DNA of 63,979 bases, filler included, from Barthelona sp. PAP020 (lineage: Eukaryota): the NCBI GenBank assembly GCA_040182905.1. It is 4 parts of 4 records of this genome, joined end to end, with 100 filler letters (N's around TTAATTAATTAA, not from the genome) between each part and the next. Parts side by side here need not be neighbours in the genome. Positions count along the whole stretch, not along the records: positions 35,112 to 52,515 come from JARQWU010000242.1; positions 52,616 to 63,979 come from JARQWU010000374.1; 2 more parts are not named here. The stretch is one strand, 5' to 3'. Position 1 is the first letter of the stretch. Every line of letters begins with the position of its first letter. The position numbers were made by a program, and so were the translations under genes. Below, piece after piece: positions 52,234 to 62,932 of this stretch. The notes beneath the pieces were generated by a model. That model saw nothing but the letters and a program-made list of their open reading frames with translations, did not search any database and had not been told where the DNA came from.

Positions 52234-52419
52234 TCATTAAAATAAATGTTGCAAGCAACATTTAAAAAAAATCATCAAATGAACCAACAAAAAAAAGAAA
52301 TAAAAAATTTGTTTTCAAATCAAAATTTTTACCAAATTTTCTAAAAAACAACAAAGACTTTAAAAAAAGAAAAATCTCGTTATGTTTACAATAAAAAAAA
52401 ACTCATAATTGTTCTGAAG

Positions 52420-52515
52420 CTACAACATATATGCCAAGACTTCTTCAACAAATTTCTTTGCATCAATTTTGTCCCCAATTACATCTCTAACATTATCTTC
52501 AATCATCAAATAAGA
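52420..52515 (-). CDS. 3' end of a gene truncated by the contig end
   Basis: SYLMIEDNVRDVIGDKIDAKKFVEEVLAYML* (PWI-like tail) followed by TGTAAA. Confidence 0.5.
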   Translation of the reverse strand, partial: SYLMIEDNVRDVIGDKIDAKKFVEEVLAYML

Positions 52516-52615
52516 NNNNNNNNNNNNNNNNNNNNNNNNNNNNNNNNNNNNNNNNNNNNTTAATTAATTAANNNNNNNNNNNNNNNNNNNNNNNNNNNNN
52601 NNNNNNNNNNNNNNN
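52516..52615. other. Artificial contig spacer
   Basis: N44-TTAATTAATTAA-N44. Confidence 0.98.
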
Positions 52616-52714
52616 CTGTTCAACAACAATCATCGCACGACAAATATTAATCAAAAAGATAAACACAATAAACCCCCCGAGACCAAGGAATGTGTACAAC
52701 TGAAAATCTTCCAT
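52616..52714 (-). CDS. 5' end of a membrane protein truncated by the contig start (possibly SPFH/stomatin-like)
   Basis: MEDFQLYTFLGLGGFIVFIFLINICRAMIVVEQ: TM helix followed by IVVEQ. Confidence 0.5.
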
Positions 52715-52911
52715 GGTATTAGTAGAAAAAATAGAAAATTAAAAGTCGTGGAAAAAATGGACTTCCCAAAAAAAACAATAATAATATACATTTATATCAA
52801 CAATTTTCATACATAAGGGCTATTACAAACAACTAATAAAAAAAAAGAGAAAACCAAATCAACCCACCACATTTAAAACAAACAAAATCAACATAAAATA
52901 GATTATATAGA

Positions 52912-53151
52912 TTAATCCATGTCTGACCAAGGCTCATAATCAATCTGTAATCCTTCATTATTGTTCTTCCAATGCTCTCTTAAAAAGCGTGACAATTTTG
53001 TGAACGGAATACCTTTTCCTTTTGATAATCCAGAAGTTGAAATTTGTGTCAAATATATTTTTCTAACTGATTCATACGAATACCCTTCATTTTCATCCTC
53101 TGAATTGAAGTATTCGCCTTGATCTGAAAACAGTGAACCGAATATTCCCAT
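52912..53151 (-). CDS. Small 79-aa protein with N-myristoylation-like start
   Basis: ATG ORF MGIFGS (MGxxxS) in its own intergenic slot. Confidence 0.55.
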   Translation of the reverse strand: MGIFGSLFSDQGEYFNSEDENEGYSYESVRKIYLTQISTSGLSKGKGIPFTKLSRFLREHWKNNNEGLQIDYEPWSDMD

Positions 53152-53237
53152 GCCAATGGTTCAAAAATACAAAAATTCAAGTTTTCAATTGGAAAAAAAA
53201 ATATAAATTACATTGATCTTTATGAAATTCAGAAAAC

Positions 53238-53663
53238 TTACAGTTTTTGTGCAGTAAAACTACCTAAACCCTTTTCTAAAGATTCATTCCAACCATATTC
53301 CATTGAACTTGTTGGAGGAAATTCATATTTTTCTTTTGGTGTCATTGCTTTAAGTTGGCTGCGTTTAATAGCTGTAGAATCATGAACTTCATTAACTTTT
53401 GATGTGGTGTTCAGAAATTCATCATCATTATTATCATCGATTGAATTTGAATTTTGTGAATTTGAATAAAATTTGTCGAATACATGGTTCCACTTTGTGG
53501 ATTTCAAAGCTTTAGTTTGTTTTTTGATAGATTGTTCAAAGAACCTGTGGTCTTGAATGGTGGACAAATTTCCTCTTTGAATATTGGTTGTTGCGTTTGT
53601 ATTATTATTTGGTTGAGAGGTTGTCTCTTTCGATGTAACAGGATTTGCTGATTGATCAGACAT
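53238..53663 (-). CDS. Small protein resembling axonemal microtubule inner proteins (SPMIP1/FAM183-type)
   Basis: TPKEKYEFPPTSSMEYGW motif; FFEQSIKKQ...KW. Confidence 0.55.
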   Translation of the reverse strand: MSDQSANPVTSKETTSQPNNNTNATTNIQRGNLSTIQDHRFFEQSIKKQTKALKSTKWNHVFDKFYSNSQNSNSIDDNNDDEFLNTTSKVNEVHDSTAIKRSQLKAMTPKEKYEFPPTSSMEYGWNESLEKGLGSFTAQKL

Positions 53664-53704
53664 TTCAATAACAAAAATTATTGGGATTTCAATTTCAATT
53701 TTTT

Positions 53705-54067
53705 ATGGTTTTTCAACTTCTCAATTCAAAAGGAACAACAAAAGCTTTTGATTTCAACAAATCAAGTGATGATGAAAGATTAAATGAAATGAGAGAAATG
53801 TTTCAATTTATTGTTCCCAATATGATAGCAACAATTACAACTATTTATTCATCGAAATTTAGTATTTTATTATCATGTCCAACCAAAAATAATCCAATTG
53901 TGCCAAATTTAGAAATTATTTGTGATATTGTGAGTGATTATGAATCATGCGTTATCAGATTAGCTTCACATACCAAAGAATGGAGAGTACAAAATAATAT
54001 CAATGTGGAAAGTTTGGAAGCTCATTTGACTTTCAATTTGAATCAAATTTCAAAAATGGTTGAATAA
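53705..54067 (+). CDS. Hypothetical small protein
   Basis: ATG ORF of 120 aa, followed by TGTAAA. Confidence 0.5.
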   Translation: MVFQLLNSKGTTKAFDFNKSSDDERLNEMREMFQFIVPNMIATITTIYSSKFSILLSCPTKNNPIVPNLEIICDIVSDYESCVIRLASHTKEWRVQNNINVESLEAHLTFNLNQISKMVE

Positions 54068-54446
54068 GTGAAGGAGTTTAACAGCATTAATTGCCCGATA
54101 TATATTTTTTTGTAAAGCTTAACTAATAATTTATCGAATTGTATCATAAATTGAAAAGATATTTTTTTTTTCAATTTTCTTTTGCAAGCAAATTTTGAGT
54201 TGGACTCATACCATTTTTACAAGAAATATATGATTCAAATTTTGATAAAATTATTTACCTAAAAGATGAGTTTAATGAAAACAAAGAAATGTCTAAAATA
54301 TCTTGAATCACCATTTGATTTATCATATATATATAAATTCTCAATATAAGAAGTGTTATTTTTAAAAAATAAAGACAAAATTCGACACAATTTACCTGCT
54401 TTTTTTTTTTATTGAAATTTACAGATTATTATTTTTTTCAGTGGAA

Positions 54447-56265
54447 ATGGTTGCGAAATCCCGAAAACAAAAAGCAAAGGGTTCAAAGAACAGAACAAGG
54501 AATTCTGATTCCACCAAAATATCAGAAGAAGAAAAAAAAAAATCACCCATTCTTTCGAATGTTGAAGAAGTGGAAGAAGAGGAACAGAACATTAATATAA
54601 CAGAGAAATATGATTTTTATGATTTGATTATCAATAATTTTTCATCCATCGATAAAATTATTGTTGATTTTGTGATGTTTACAGCTAATAATCCTTTAGA
54701 AGCGTTTAAATACTTTTTTAACTTCTATTTGAAAGCAAGTGGATTTGATGAAAATGTGAATGAATTAGAATTTGAAATTGAAGAAAAACTGGTGCCCTTT
54801 TATGAATTTTTATATAGAATGAAACCTGAAGAATCGTTGAATCAATTGTTTGAAGAGGAAGATAACATGGCTGTTTTTTCTGATGAATGCTTCTTTTATG
54901 GGTTAAATGTCAAACAACTTAGTAAAAGATTAAAGTCTTTTAAAAAATTCTTTGATCGGTTTTTCTTCGATTTTCTTGAAAGTGGAGATGATGAATGGTT
55001 AGAAAAGCTAACGAATATTATCCTAACCTTAACCACTTCAACCAAACGTTATGTGAGGGTTACCTCTACTGTTTGTTTTTATCGATATATTGTTGCTTTA
55101 GCAAAAAAATACATGGATTTGAAAGACGAACGATTGCTAGAAATATTATTGGACTACTATGACTTGACTTTCAAAGTAAAGTTTCGTGATGTGGATGATT
55201 TGATTAGAATCGAATCTATTGAACTTTTAAGTGAATTAATTGAGTTATTGCCTGATGTTTTTTTGGTTGATAAACACATTCGACATTATGGCTGGTTGTT
55301 ATCTGATCCCTCTGAAGAAATACGTTTTGCGACATTGAATCATATGTTGGTAATATACAATGAGAATCCTGCAAATTGGACTTCGTTTACACGACACTTT
55401 AGTTTACGTTTAACTGATCTTTTGAATGATTCTAGTACAAACGTTCGTAGATTATCTGTGAATATCATTCCAATGTTAAATTTTTCCGAATGTTTGGAAG
55501 AAGTACTTGAAAAAATTATTGTTCATTTGGCTGATGATGATGAGACATTGGCTTCCATGTTAGGTGAAATTTTGGTTGAAAATGTTTTTGCTTTGAATAG
55601 TGAAACTGTTGACATCTTATCAAATCAACAGAGAAACGAAGATTTCGATAATATTTTTGATATTGTAAAATCCTATAATTTTCATGAATATTTAAAACCT
55701 TTGCTAAAAACGCTTTCACCTCATTTGAATACTTTATTTGATTATTCAACGATGATTAATTATCTTATAGATATTCCTTTGAATGATTCAAGAGATTTTG
55801 AAAAATCTGAATTGATGTTAGCTTTGCTTCTTGCAAAATTTGAGATGGAATTTAACAATGTAAAAATGCTTCAAGATGTTGATTTATTTGTTAATGAATT
55901 CAGTAATTTTTATTGGTGTAGTGGATATAATTCACAATTTGATGAATTAATAAAGTTTGAAAAAGTGAATAAAATGTCTAAAAAAAGTTTAAAAAGTTTG
56001 AATAATTTTGGAAATCTTTTTTTTAAGTTTTTGAAGTTGGAAACGTTTAAGATCACCAATAGTCAGCAGATTCATTATTTTTTGCTGAAAATATTGTACA
56101 TACTTTTTAATTATTTTGATGACCTTGTTGATGGATTGGAAATCACAATGAATGAAATCAAAAATATTTTAAAAAACTTTTATAAAATTTTTGTTGATGA
56201 ATTATTAATAATTCCAAACTTACATCTCTTGAATCTAATACCACGTTATTTAAATTTGAGTAAAA

Positions 56266-56298
<33 letters not shown>

Positions 56299-57386
56299 TG
56301 GATATTTTGAATGATCTAAAAGATATATTGAAAGATAAATTAAAATCTCACAATTTTACTAATCAAGTGGATAAACTTAAAATCTACAGGTATATTAGTT
56401 TGATAGAAGGGTTTTCACCTTTATCTTTTAATGATATAGATCTCAATAACAATAATATTGATGATGAAGTTCTAGAATTGTATATTTGTTATAAAGTTTT
56501 TTCATTGAATGATTGTTTAGAAGATGAAGACATTTCAATTATTCAAAAACTGTTAAGTAATGGTTCATTATTGATCTATTATTTCTTTCCTATTTTTATT
56601 TTATTATTCCCTGAATTAAACTCTTTAAAAAGTTTATTGAACAATTATTTACAACAATTATTATTAAATGTACATAATATTGATATTCTAGCGTTCAGAA
56701 AGATAATTTCTAGTCTTGTTTGTCTTAAAGATTTAAAACCTCAAGAATTTAGTTATTTGTATGCTTTATATACTTTTGACAATATTATTGATGAATTTTT
56801 AAAGAAATTTTTCAATAGTTTCAAAGATCATCAAAAGGCTAAGGTTATTTCATTCATTCTCACTCCTGAAATCATTGCATTACATCCAGATTGGGTAAAA
56901 GAAGTCAATAAAAAATTTATTTCTGATGATAGAGACAACAAAGATGTTCCTATCAGTGATGAACTGTCTGCTGAACATTTGGATGAATATATTATACATG
57001 TTGCAAAACATTTCTCCAAGTTTTTAGGTGTTGTTCAAAAGAAGAAATCTCATCCTTTGTTATTGGCCATTATCATGGAATTATTAAAACAAGAACAATT
57101 AGTGGCGGCAGCTGTATATATGAGAAAACTGAACTCTGTTGATGCTGGAAAGATCTTGAATTCATTCAACTTTTTGGAATCCAATTCATCCGACATTTCA
57201 AAGATTGAGGATATTTTGATTCAAATCAAAAGTGGTAAAAAAACTGTTATTGATCATCAACAACAAGAAGAAGAAGATGAAGGAGATGAAGAAAATGATG
57301 AAGATGAGGATGAAGATCAACAACAACAACAAGAAAATGAAAATGATGAAGATGAGAATGAAGATGATGAAGAAGAGGAAAAATAA
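54447..57386 (+). CDS. SCC3: Cohesin subunit Scc3/STAG
   Basis: STKRYVRVTST, FRDVDDLIRIESI, FLVDKHIRHYGWLLSD..EIR, FTRHFSLRL; acidic tail. Confidence 0.88.
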
Positions 57387-57437
57387 AAATTAGATTTTTT
57401 TTTTACAAACGATTGCCTTTTTTCTTTTTCTTTTTTT

Positions 57438-58697
57438 TTATTTGTCAGCTCTTTTAAAAAGATGCGTAACAGTAACAGGAATAAGAAAAATTGATATTAA
57501 AGAAGCAAAATTCACTTGTAATGCTAATTTCCATTCCAAAATGCCCCTCAAAATCAAAAATAAAACCGATCCTTGAATTACACAAAGTGCTTCCAAAACA
57601 AGACTGACAATTGGATGGCTGTATGCACAAATATATCCAAAAATCATTTGGGGTATCTCAAGTAGAATACCGATTTGCAAAATAGTATTTTCAGCAAACT
57701 CATTTTGTACTTCTGGTCTTGTTAGCAACGTTCCATGAACAACCAATTGTGCTACCAATGTTAAAACTCTTATAAACCAAGTGTAAGCCACTGTGCCCAG
57801 ATTCAACTTTAATGATCTCTTTATTGGCACACCCAATAAAAACCCACAAGAGGCAATTGCTGTAATAAAGAATATAATTGTTATATTTTCGTGACTGGTA
57901 TGAGCAATATAAGTGTGCAAAATGAAAGCAGAAATTAAAGCAGGGAAAGGAATTTTTTCATCTGCACTTAAGAAACATGTAAAGAAAGTAACCCCTGCAT
58001 TAATGAACACAAACCAATTGAAAAATTCATGCTCAAAAACAAACAACAAAAGAGTGATTGCTGTGCACAATATGCATAAGAAATTTGTGCCAAAGTGTCT
58101 ATGAAACACAGTAAATCCAATGCTATCAATGAATTTAGCAATTTTATTGGCATTTTCTGGATTCTCAAGATATTGTAAAATGGTAGTTATTAAATTCCTC
58201 ATCTCACTGGAGCCATATTCTTCTACATACTGAATTGTGTTTACCGCTGTTCCTTTGGGTGAGACTAGTTCGACAGAATATAGCTTATTTTTTGGATCAT
58301 TCTTCAATAATTTCTTCATAAATTTGGTATTATTTGAAGCTATTGCTTCTTGAATAGGATGTTTCGATGCCCCAATGGTCCATAAATAATACATAATATC
58401 TGCATGCTCACCGCTTTCTGCTAATTTATAACATCTATTTAAAAACTTCATCGACAACATTGAAGATTGATTTTCATTTCTTACCTGTTTCATCAATCTT
58501 TTTGCTTCCTTTAAATCACCAACTGAACATGCAGACTCAAATCTTCTGCTTAAATCTGCTAACTTTTCATTTTTCAACAATGGTCCAGTGAAAGTTCCAA
58601 TACCTCCAACTGTTTTATTGTTAGTTGGTGATAAATGTTTTTTAAAACCCTTGGAAGAAGAAGGATCAATCACCTCATAATTTGATTGTCTCATCAT
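57438..58697 (-). CDS. Ankyrin-like N-terminus plus multi-pass membrane domain
   Basis: ACSVGDL..AKRL, AESGEHADIMYYL; ~7-8 hydrophobic segments in C-terminal half. Confidence 0.65.
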   Translation of the reverse strand: MMRQSNYEVIDPSSSKGFKKHLSPTNNKTVGGIGTFTGPLLKNEKLADLSRRFESACSVGDLKEAKRLMKQVRNENQSSMLSMKFLNRCYKLAESGEHADIMYYLWTIGASKHPIQEAIASNNTKFMKKLLKNDPKNKLYSVELVSPKGTAVNTIQYVEEYGSSEMRNLITTILQYLENPENANKIAKFIDSIGFTVFHRHFGTNFLCILCTAITLLLFVFEHEFFNWFVFINAGVTFFTCFLSADEKIPFPALISAFILHTYIAHTSHENITIIFFITAIASCGFLLGVPIKRSLKLNLGTVAYTWFIRVLTLVAQLVVHGTLLTRPEVQNEFAENTILQIGILLEIPQMIFGYICAYSHPIVSLVLEALCVIQGSVLFLILRGILEWKLALQVNFASLISIFLIPVTVTHLFKRADK

Positions 58698-58962
58698 TAT
58701 TCAAATAACAAATGATAAAATTTAATTATATGATGAAGTTTACTATGTTTTGTTCAAAATTGGTAACATAAAAAAAAATTTCTCCAATACAGAGTTTTTC
58801 ACTGTAGATCATATAAACAATGAATCACTACAAATTTGAAACCAACATTTATAAACATATATTAAAGGAATCATAGAAGTTTAAACATCAATAAAAAAAA
58901 TGGTGGAGAAATAACACACACAAAATTAAAGTGTTGTAAAACTGGACTTTTTTTTTTTAATT

Positions 58963-59871
58963 ATGATGCCTGAAGTAAAGCAATTACCTTTAGTACTAAT
59001 TAATGGCATATTATGTAATCATTCCAGTTTCGAAAGCATATTACCAATTTTGCAAGAGAATTTTCCAAATCGTTTAATTATTTGTGCTGATTTTGACACA
59101 AGATTCAATTCTTTTTTTGGAAATTTAAGAAATCATTGTAATTGTTTCATTAATTGGGTTAAAGAAAATCATCATATTCTTAAAGATGGATTCGATATTA
59201 TTGCACACAGTCAAGGAAATATTATAGCCAGATATTTTATTGAAAATGTTGGCTATCCAAAGGTTGAACGACTTTGTTTGTTAGTTGGGCCAAATTTGGG
59301 TGTAAATGGTATTCCTTTAATTCCAAAATTTTTGAACAAAAGATTGAAAAAGCTGGTAGAGAATTTACCATATGGATGGAAAGATCGTTTCACATTTCCA
59401 AATTATTGGAAAACCAACAATTATGATAGATTTATGCAATCTGCTTCTGTGCTTGCGGAAATTAGCAATCTCACAACTGATGAGAAGTATTCATTTCGAA
59501 AAAATAATATTCTGAGCTTAAAACAAATTTTATGCGTTGCATCATCTTGTGATGATCGTGTTAGGCCATACCAAAGTAGTTTGTTCATGGAAGTCTTGGA
59601 AACCCCTGAAAATGATATTGAAGAATATGTCATTGATATAGACGATGAGAAACATATGTTGGGCGGAAAGGATATTGATCACATTGGTTTGAATGAAATG
59701 TTAGAAAAGAAACAACTATTCAGATATATTGTTGACATAAAACATCATCATTTTATCAAACCAACAAGAAGAACAAAACCAGCGGTGGATAAATTTTTTG
59801 AGGATATTGTCATTCCTTTTTTAAAAGATAAATTAGAGTTCAGTGAAGATATACAAACATTGGAATTTTAA
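58963..59871 (+). CDS. Palmitoyl-protein thioesterase family alpha/beta hydrolase
   Basis: PLVLINGI, GFDIIAHSQG, GPNLGV, DDRVRPYQSSLF, C-terminal His. Confidence 0.85.
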   Translation: MMPEVKQLPLVLINGILCNHSSFESILPILQENFPNRLIICADFDTRFNSFFGNLRNHCNCFINWVKENHHILKDGFDIIAHSQGNIIARYFIENVGYPKVERLCLLVGPNLGVNGIPLIPKFLNKRLKKLVENLPYGWKDRFTFPNYWKTNNYDRFMQSASVLAEISNLTTDEKYSFRKNNILSLKQILCVASSCDDRVRPYQSSLFMEVLETPENDIEEYVIDIDDEKHMLGGKDIDHIGLNEMLEKKQLFRYIVDIKHHHFIKPTRRTKPAVDKFFEDIVIPFLKDKLEFSEDIQTLEF

Positions 59872-60064
59872 TTGTAAAACATTTAAAGCCTTGTAAATGT
59901 TAATGTTAATAAATGAATACCGAAATTTTTTTTAATTAAGATTATTATTTGCATTAATTTTATATGTTTGTTATGGTATAATTAGAAATAATTGAACAAA
60001 TGAAGAAAAATGAAAAAAGAAAATTGGACTGAAAAAAAATTTTTTTCCTTTCAAGATTTTCCAA

Positions 60065-62776
60065 ATGGTGGATCCTTTAATCACAAAACTATTGGAAGAT
60101 TTTGATGATAGAAATGTTCCTCCTTTATATTTTCAAATTCGTCAAGAAATCTTTCCTGATTGGGAAATATATGGTTTAGACATTCGTTTGGAATTTTTGT
60201 ATGCATTAATGTTTCGAATTTTTTCGGAGGATCAACAGGAAACGTTTTTGCCGAGAGAAATACAAATATTTGAGGAACTCAAAAATGGAAGGTTGGGATA
60301 TGGAAACTTTTTGAGATATCTTTCCTTTGGGTTGAATCCAAAATATTTCAAGGAAATTATGCCCGAAAGAATGGAGAATTTGGGATATTTGTATGGCAAA
60401 ATCAGTGATTTTTTTATTTGTGAAGCTTTTTGTCATGTTGATTCAGATCAACAACCAATTAATCATGATTCAAAAAAAAACGAAAAAGATTTTTTGAAAC
60501 TCTTAAAAAAAGACAACCTTGCCCAAATCAAAAAAAATATTGACACATTTTCGAAATTCTTTGATGATTATGAATTGATTCTACCTCTGGATATGGACAA
60601 AAAGTCTGTGCATGTCCGTGTTTCTTTTGTCATCTTGGTCCTTTGTTTGTTTGATGATAATGAATTTTTCCTAAAAAAGGAAGATTACAGTTACTTTGAT
60701 GTTAACATCAGATGGATTAACGACACTCAAATGGTTTTTGAATATCAATATTTAAATGAAACTTTTTGTTTGAAGGTTGACGAATCAATGAAACAGCTCT
60801 TCAAGTTTATAAAGGACCCAGGTTCTTGTAATTATCCTTTTTCAATCAATGGAGAAAATGAATTGCAACATCTTCTTTTGTTCCTTGCTTTCTTGAGTTT
60901 AAATAATTCCAACCGTTTTGAGATGATTGCTGACATACTTAACGACAAGAATATTTCGGACATTGGCAAGCTAAATTTTGTACTTTACTTGGAAAGAAAG
61001 GTCCTCAAAACAAAGAATTTGTTGATCCATGCTCTTAACACGGATAGTGATTCAATATTAAGAATGAGTAAGGAAAATGTAACGAATTTGTTCGATATTC
61101 CTGATTTTAAGAAAGAGATTCAAGGAATAATGGTTAAAAAGTTTTGCCAAACAAGTAATCTTGAGCTTTTCACATATGATTGGATTTGTGAAGTGTTTCC
61201 TGGGGATTTGCTTGAATATGTAAATACAAGTGATTTTAAAAGGAAACTTTTGGAATACTGTGTTATGAATGATCTTTTAGACTATGTATCTTTTTCTCAA
61301 GAAGAAATTACGAAAATGCTGCTGGAAGATATTGAAATATTAATTAAATGTTCAGATTTTCATGTTTTTTCTAATTTCTGTGACCTAATTAAAGATTTTG
61401 ACAGTATAGATTTTAAAGAAATCTTTATTCGACTTTTAGAAGAAGAAAACATTGCTTTTGCTAAAAAAATTTATGAAATTTCCAAATCTGCAAAATCAGT
61501 TTCTTCCTCTTCAGAAAGGGTATCTTTTTTTGAATTCTCATTCGATGATTTGGTATTGATGTATTCTTCACATTTAATTTGTGAATTATCTTCCTCTGGT
61601 AACCATTTTAATTGTGATTTGGAATTGCAAGAAATCTATGAAATGGATTCAGATACCGTTAACATAACTTTTTGTTTGGATGAAGATGCAAAGAATAAAG
61701 AAATAAATGAATGTTCGGATAAAAGATCTGACAGAAGATTTGATGAAAATTTTGACGATAATATGATCTATTTCATCAAAAAATTGATGGAAAACCTCTT
61801 AAAATTGAAGGCTTATCTTCAAAATCAAAATAAACAATATTCATCTGTTGTTTTGAGAAAAATGGAAAAACAGGAGAGTGTCTCTTGTTATCCAGAAGAA
61901 ATAAACCCTGCGAAGATGGAAAAGCCACAAAGTCTCTTTGAGTATCCAGAAGAAGAAGTAAACTCTGCGAAGATGGAAAAACAAGAATATAAAAGTAAAC
62001 GTAGTGTTTATGGGATTGGAAAAGAAGACTATGAAAAACAGATAGAAATTGAACTTTCGAAATCTACGTCAAAAAATAAAAATAAAATTCACTCTGTTAG
62101 TGTTCAAAATAAAAAAGAAGAATGGATCAAGAAAAATTTCTATGAGTTAAAAGAAATTCGTCAAAATTTTTTTGGTAATGAAAAAATCACAGACCGCAAA
62201 GTTTTGCAAAAATTTTGTAAAATACTTATCGACCAAAATAATTTTGGTAATAAAGAAAAGTTTGATAAATTGTTCCACATCTCCTCCTCCAATCAATATT
62301 TTTGCAAATTCGATCAGATAGAATCGGAAGACGACTTCATTTATGTTCTTCCCTATTTGGTATATGGAAAGAAGTATCGTTTCACCGAAAACCATATTTT
62401 AATGCTTCAAAATATCTTTCAAACAATTTTGAAAGAAAAGCAACATTATTCTGACTATTTTGCTAGATATTTTATTTGTAAAATACCCACTTTCGAGAAA
62501 AAAGACTATTGTTGTTCAGTATTTCATATTTTATGCTTGGAAAACGAAGATTTTCGTCAATCAGAGTTTTGGAAAGCAATCATCCAAATTCGTGATTTCT
62601 TCAAAAATAATGGCAATGAAGAGCCCTTCATGCAAGTTCTGAAGGATTGTTTCACAATGAAAAAAAATTATTTGTTGGGATATTCTCCGATGGATACTCT
62701 CAGAAGAGAAATGAAAAGCCACCTTGAATTTGAGTTAAATGTTGAATCCAACGAAACCTTCTGTTTTTTAATGTAA
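60065..62776 (+). CDS. Hypothetical 903-aa protein with short internal duplication
   Basis: Long ATG ORF; YPEE..N.AKMEK repeated at ~61862-61986. Confidence 0.7.
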   Translation: MVDPLITKLLEDFDDRNVPPLYFQIRQEIFPDWEIYGLDIRLEFLYALMFRIFSEDQQETFLPREIQIFEELKNGRLGYGNFLRYLSFGLNPKYFKEIMPERMENLGYLYGKISDFFICEAFCHVDSDQQPINHDSKKNEKDFLKLLKKDNLAQIKKNIDTFSKFFDDYELILPLDMDKKSVHVRVSFVILVLCLFDDNEFFLKKEDYSYFDVNIRWINDTQMVFEYQYLNETFCLKVDESMKQLFKFIKDPGSCNYPFSINGENELQHLLLFLAFLSLNNSNRFEMIADILNDKNISDIGKLNFVLYLERKVLKTKNLLIHALNTDSDSILRMSKENVTNLFDIPDFKKEIQGIMVKKFCQTSNLELFTYDWICEVFPGDLLEYVNTSDFKRKLLEYCVMNDLLDYVSFSQEEITKMLLEDIEILIKCSDFHVFSNFCDLIKDFDSIDFKEIFIRLLEEENIAFAKKIYEISKSAKSVSSSSERVSFFEFSFDDLVLMYSSHLICELSSSGNHFNCDLELQEIYEMDSDTVNITFCLDEDAKNKEINECSDKRSDRRFDENFDDNMIYFIKKLMENLLKLKAYLQNQNKQYSSVVLRKMEKQESVSCYPEEINPAKMEKPQSLFEYPEEEVNSAKMEKQEYKSKRSVYGIGKEDYEKQIEIELSKSTSKNKNKIHSVSVQNKKEEWIKKNFYELKEIRQNFFGNEKITDRKVLQKFCKILIDQNNFGNKEKFDKLFHISSSNQYFCKFDQIESEDDFIYVLPYLVYGKKYRFTENHILMLQNIFQTILKEKQHYSDYFARYFICKIPTFEKKDYCCSVFHILCLENEDFRQSEFWKAIIQIRDFFKNNGNEEPFMQVLKDCFTMKKNYLLGYSPMDTLRREMKSHLEFELNVESNETFCFLM

Positions 62777-62932
62777 ACTTGTAAATTGTGTGCAGTTTTT
62801 TTTTTAATATTTTCAACGCTGGTAAAGACCACAAATAAGTGAACTGATGCATGTAAAGCCAGATTGATTTGTTTAAAGCAGAAAAATAAATTGCCGAAAA
62901 TTTATTCAAAAATAAACTTTTAAACCTCATAT

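Noticed and set aside
52190..52236. 5.8S rRNA, U2 or U1 snRNA
   Set aside because: Only short word matches (ATCTCTTGG, ATCGATGAAGA, GATCA.CGAA); no flanking rDNA, no GUAGUA branch-pairing motif, no ACUUACCU 5' end.
17506..52615. TTAATTAATTAA between N runs as a biological repeat, and gene clusters across the gaps
   Set aside because: Identical 100-nt synthetic spacer; internal contigs are 17406 and 17404 nt, suggesting size-sorted concatenation of unlinked contigs.
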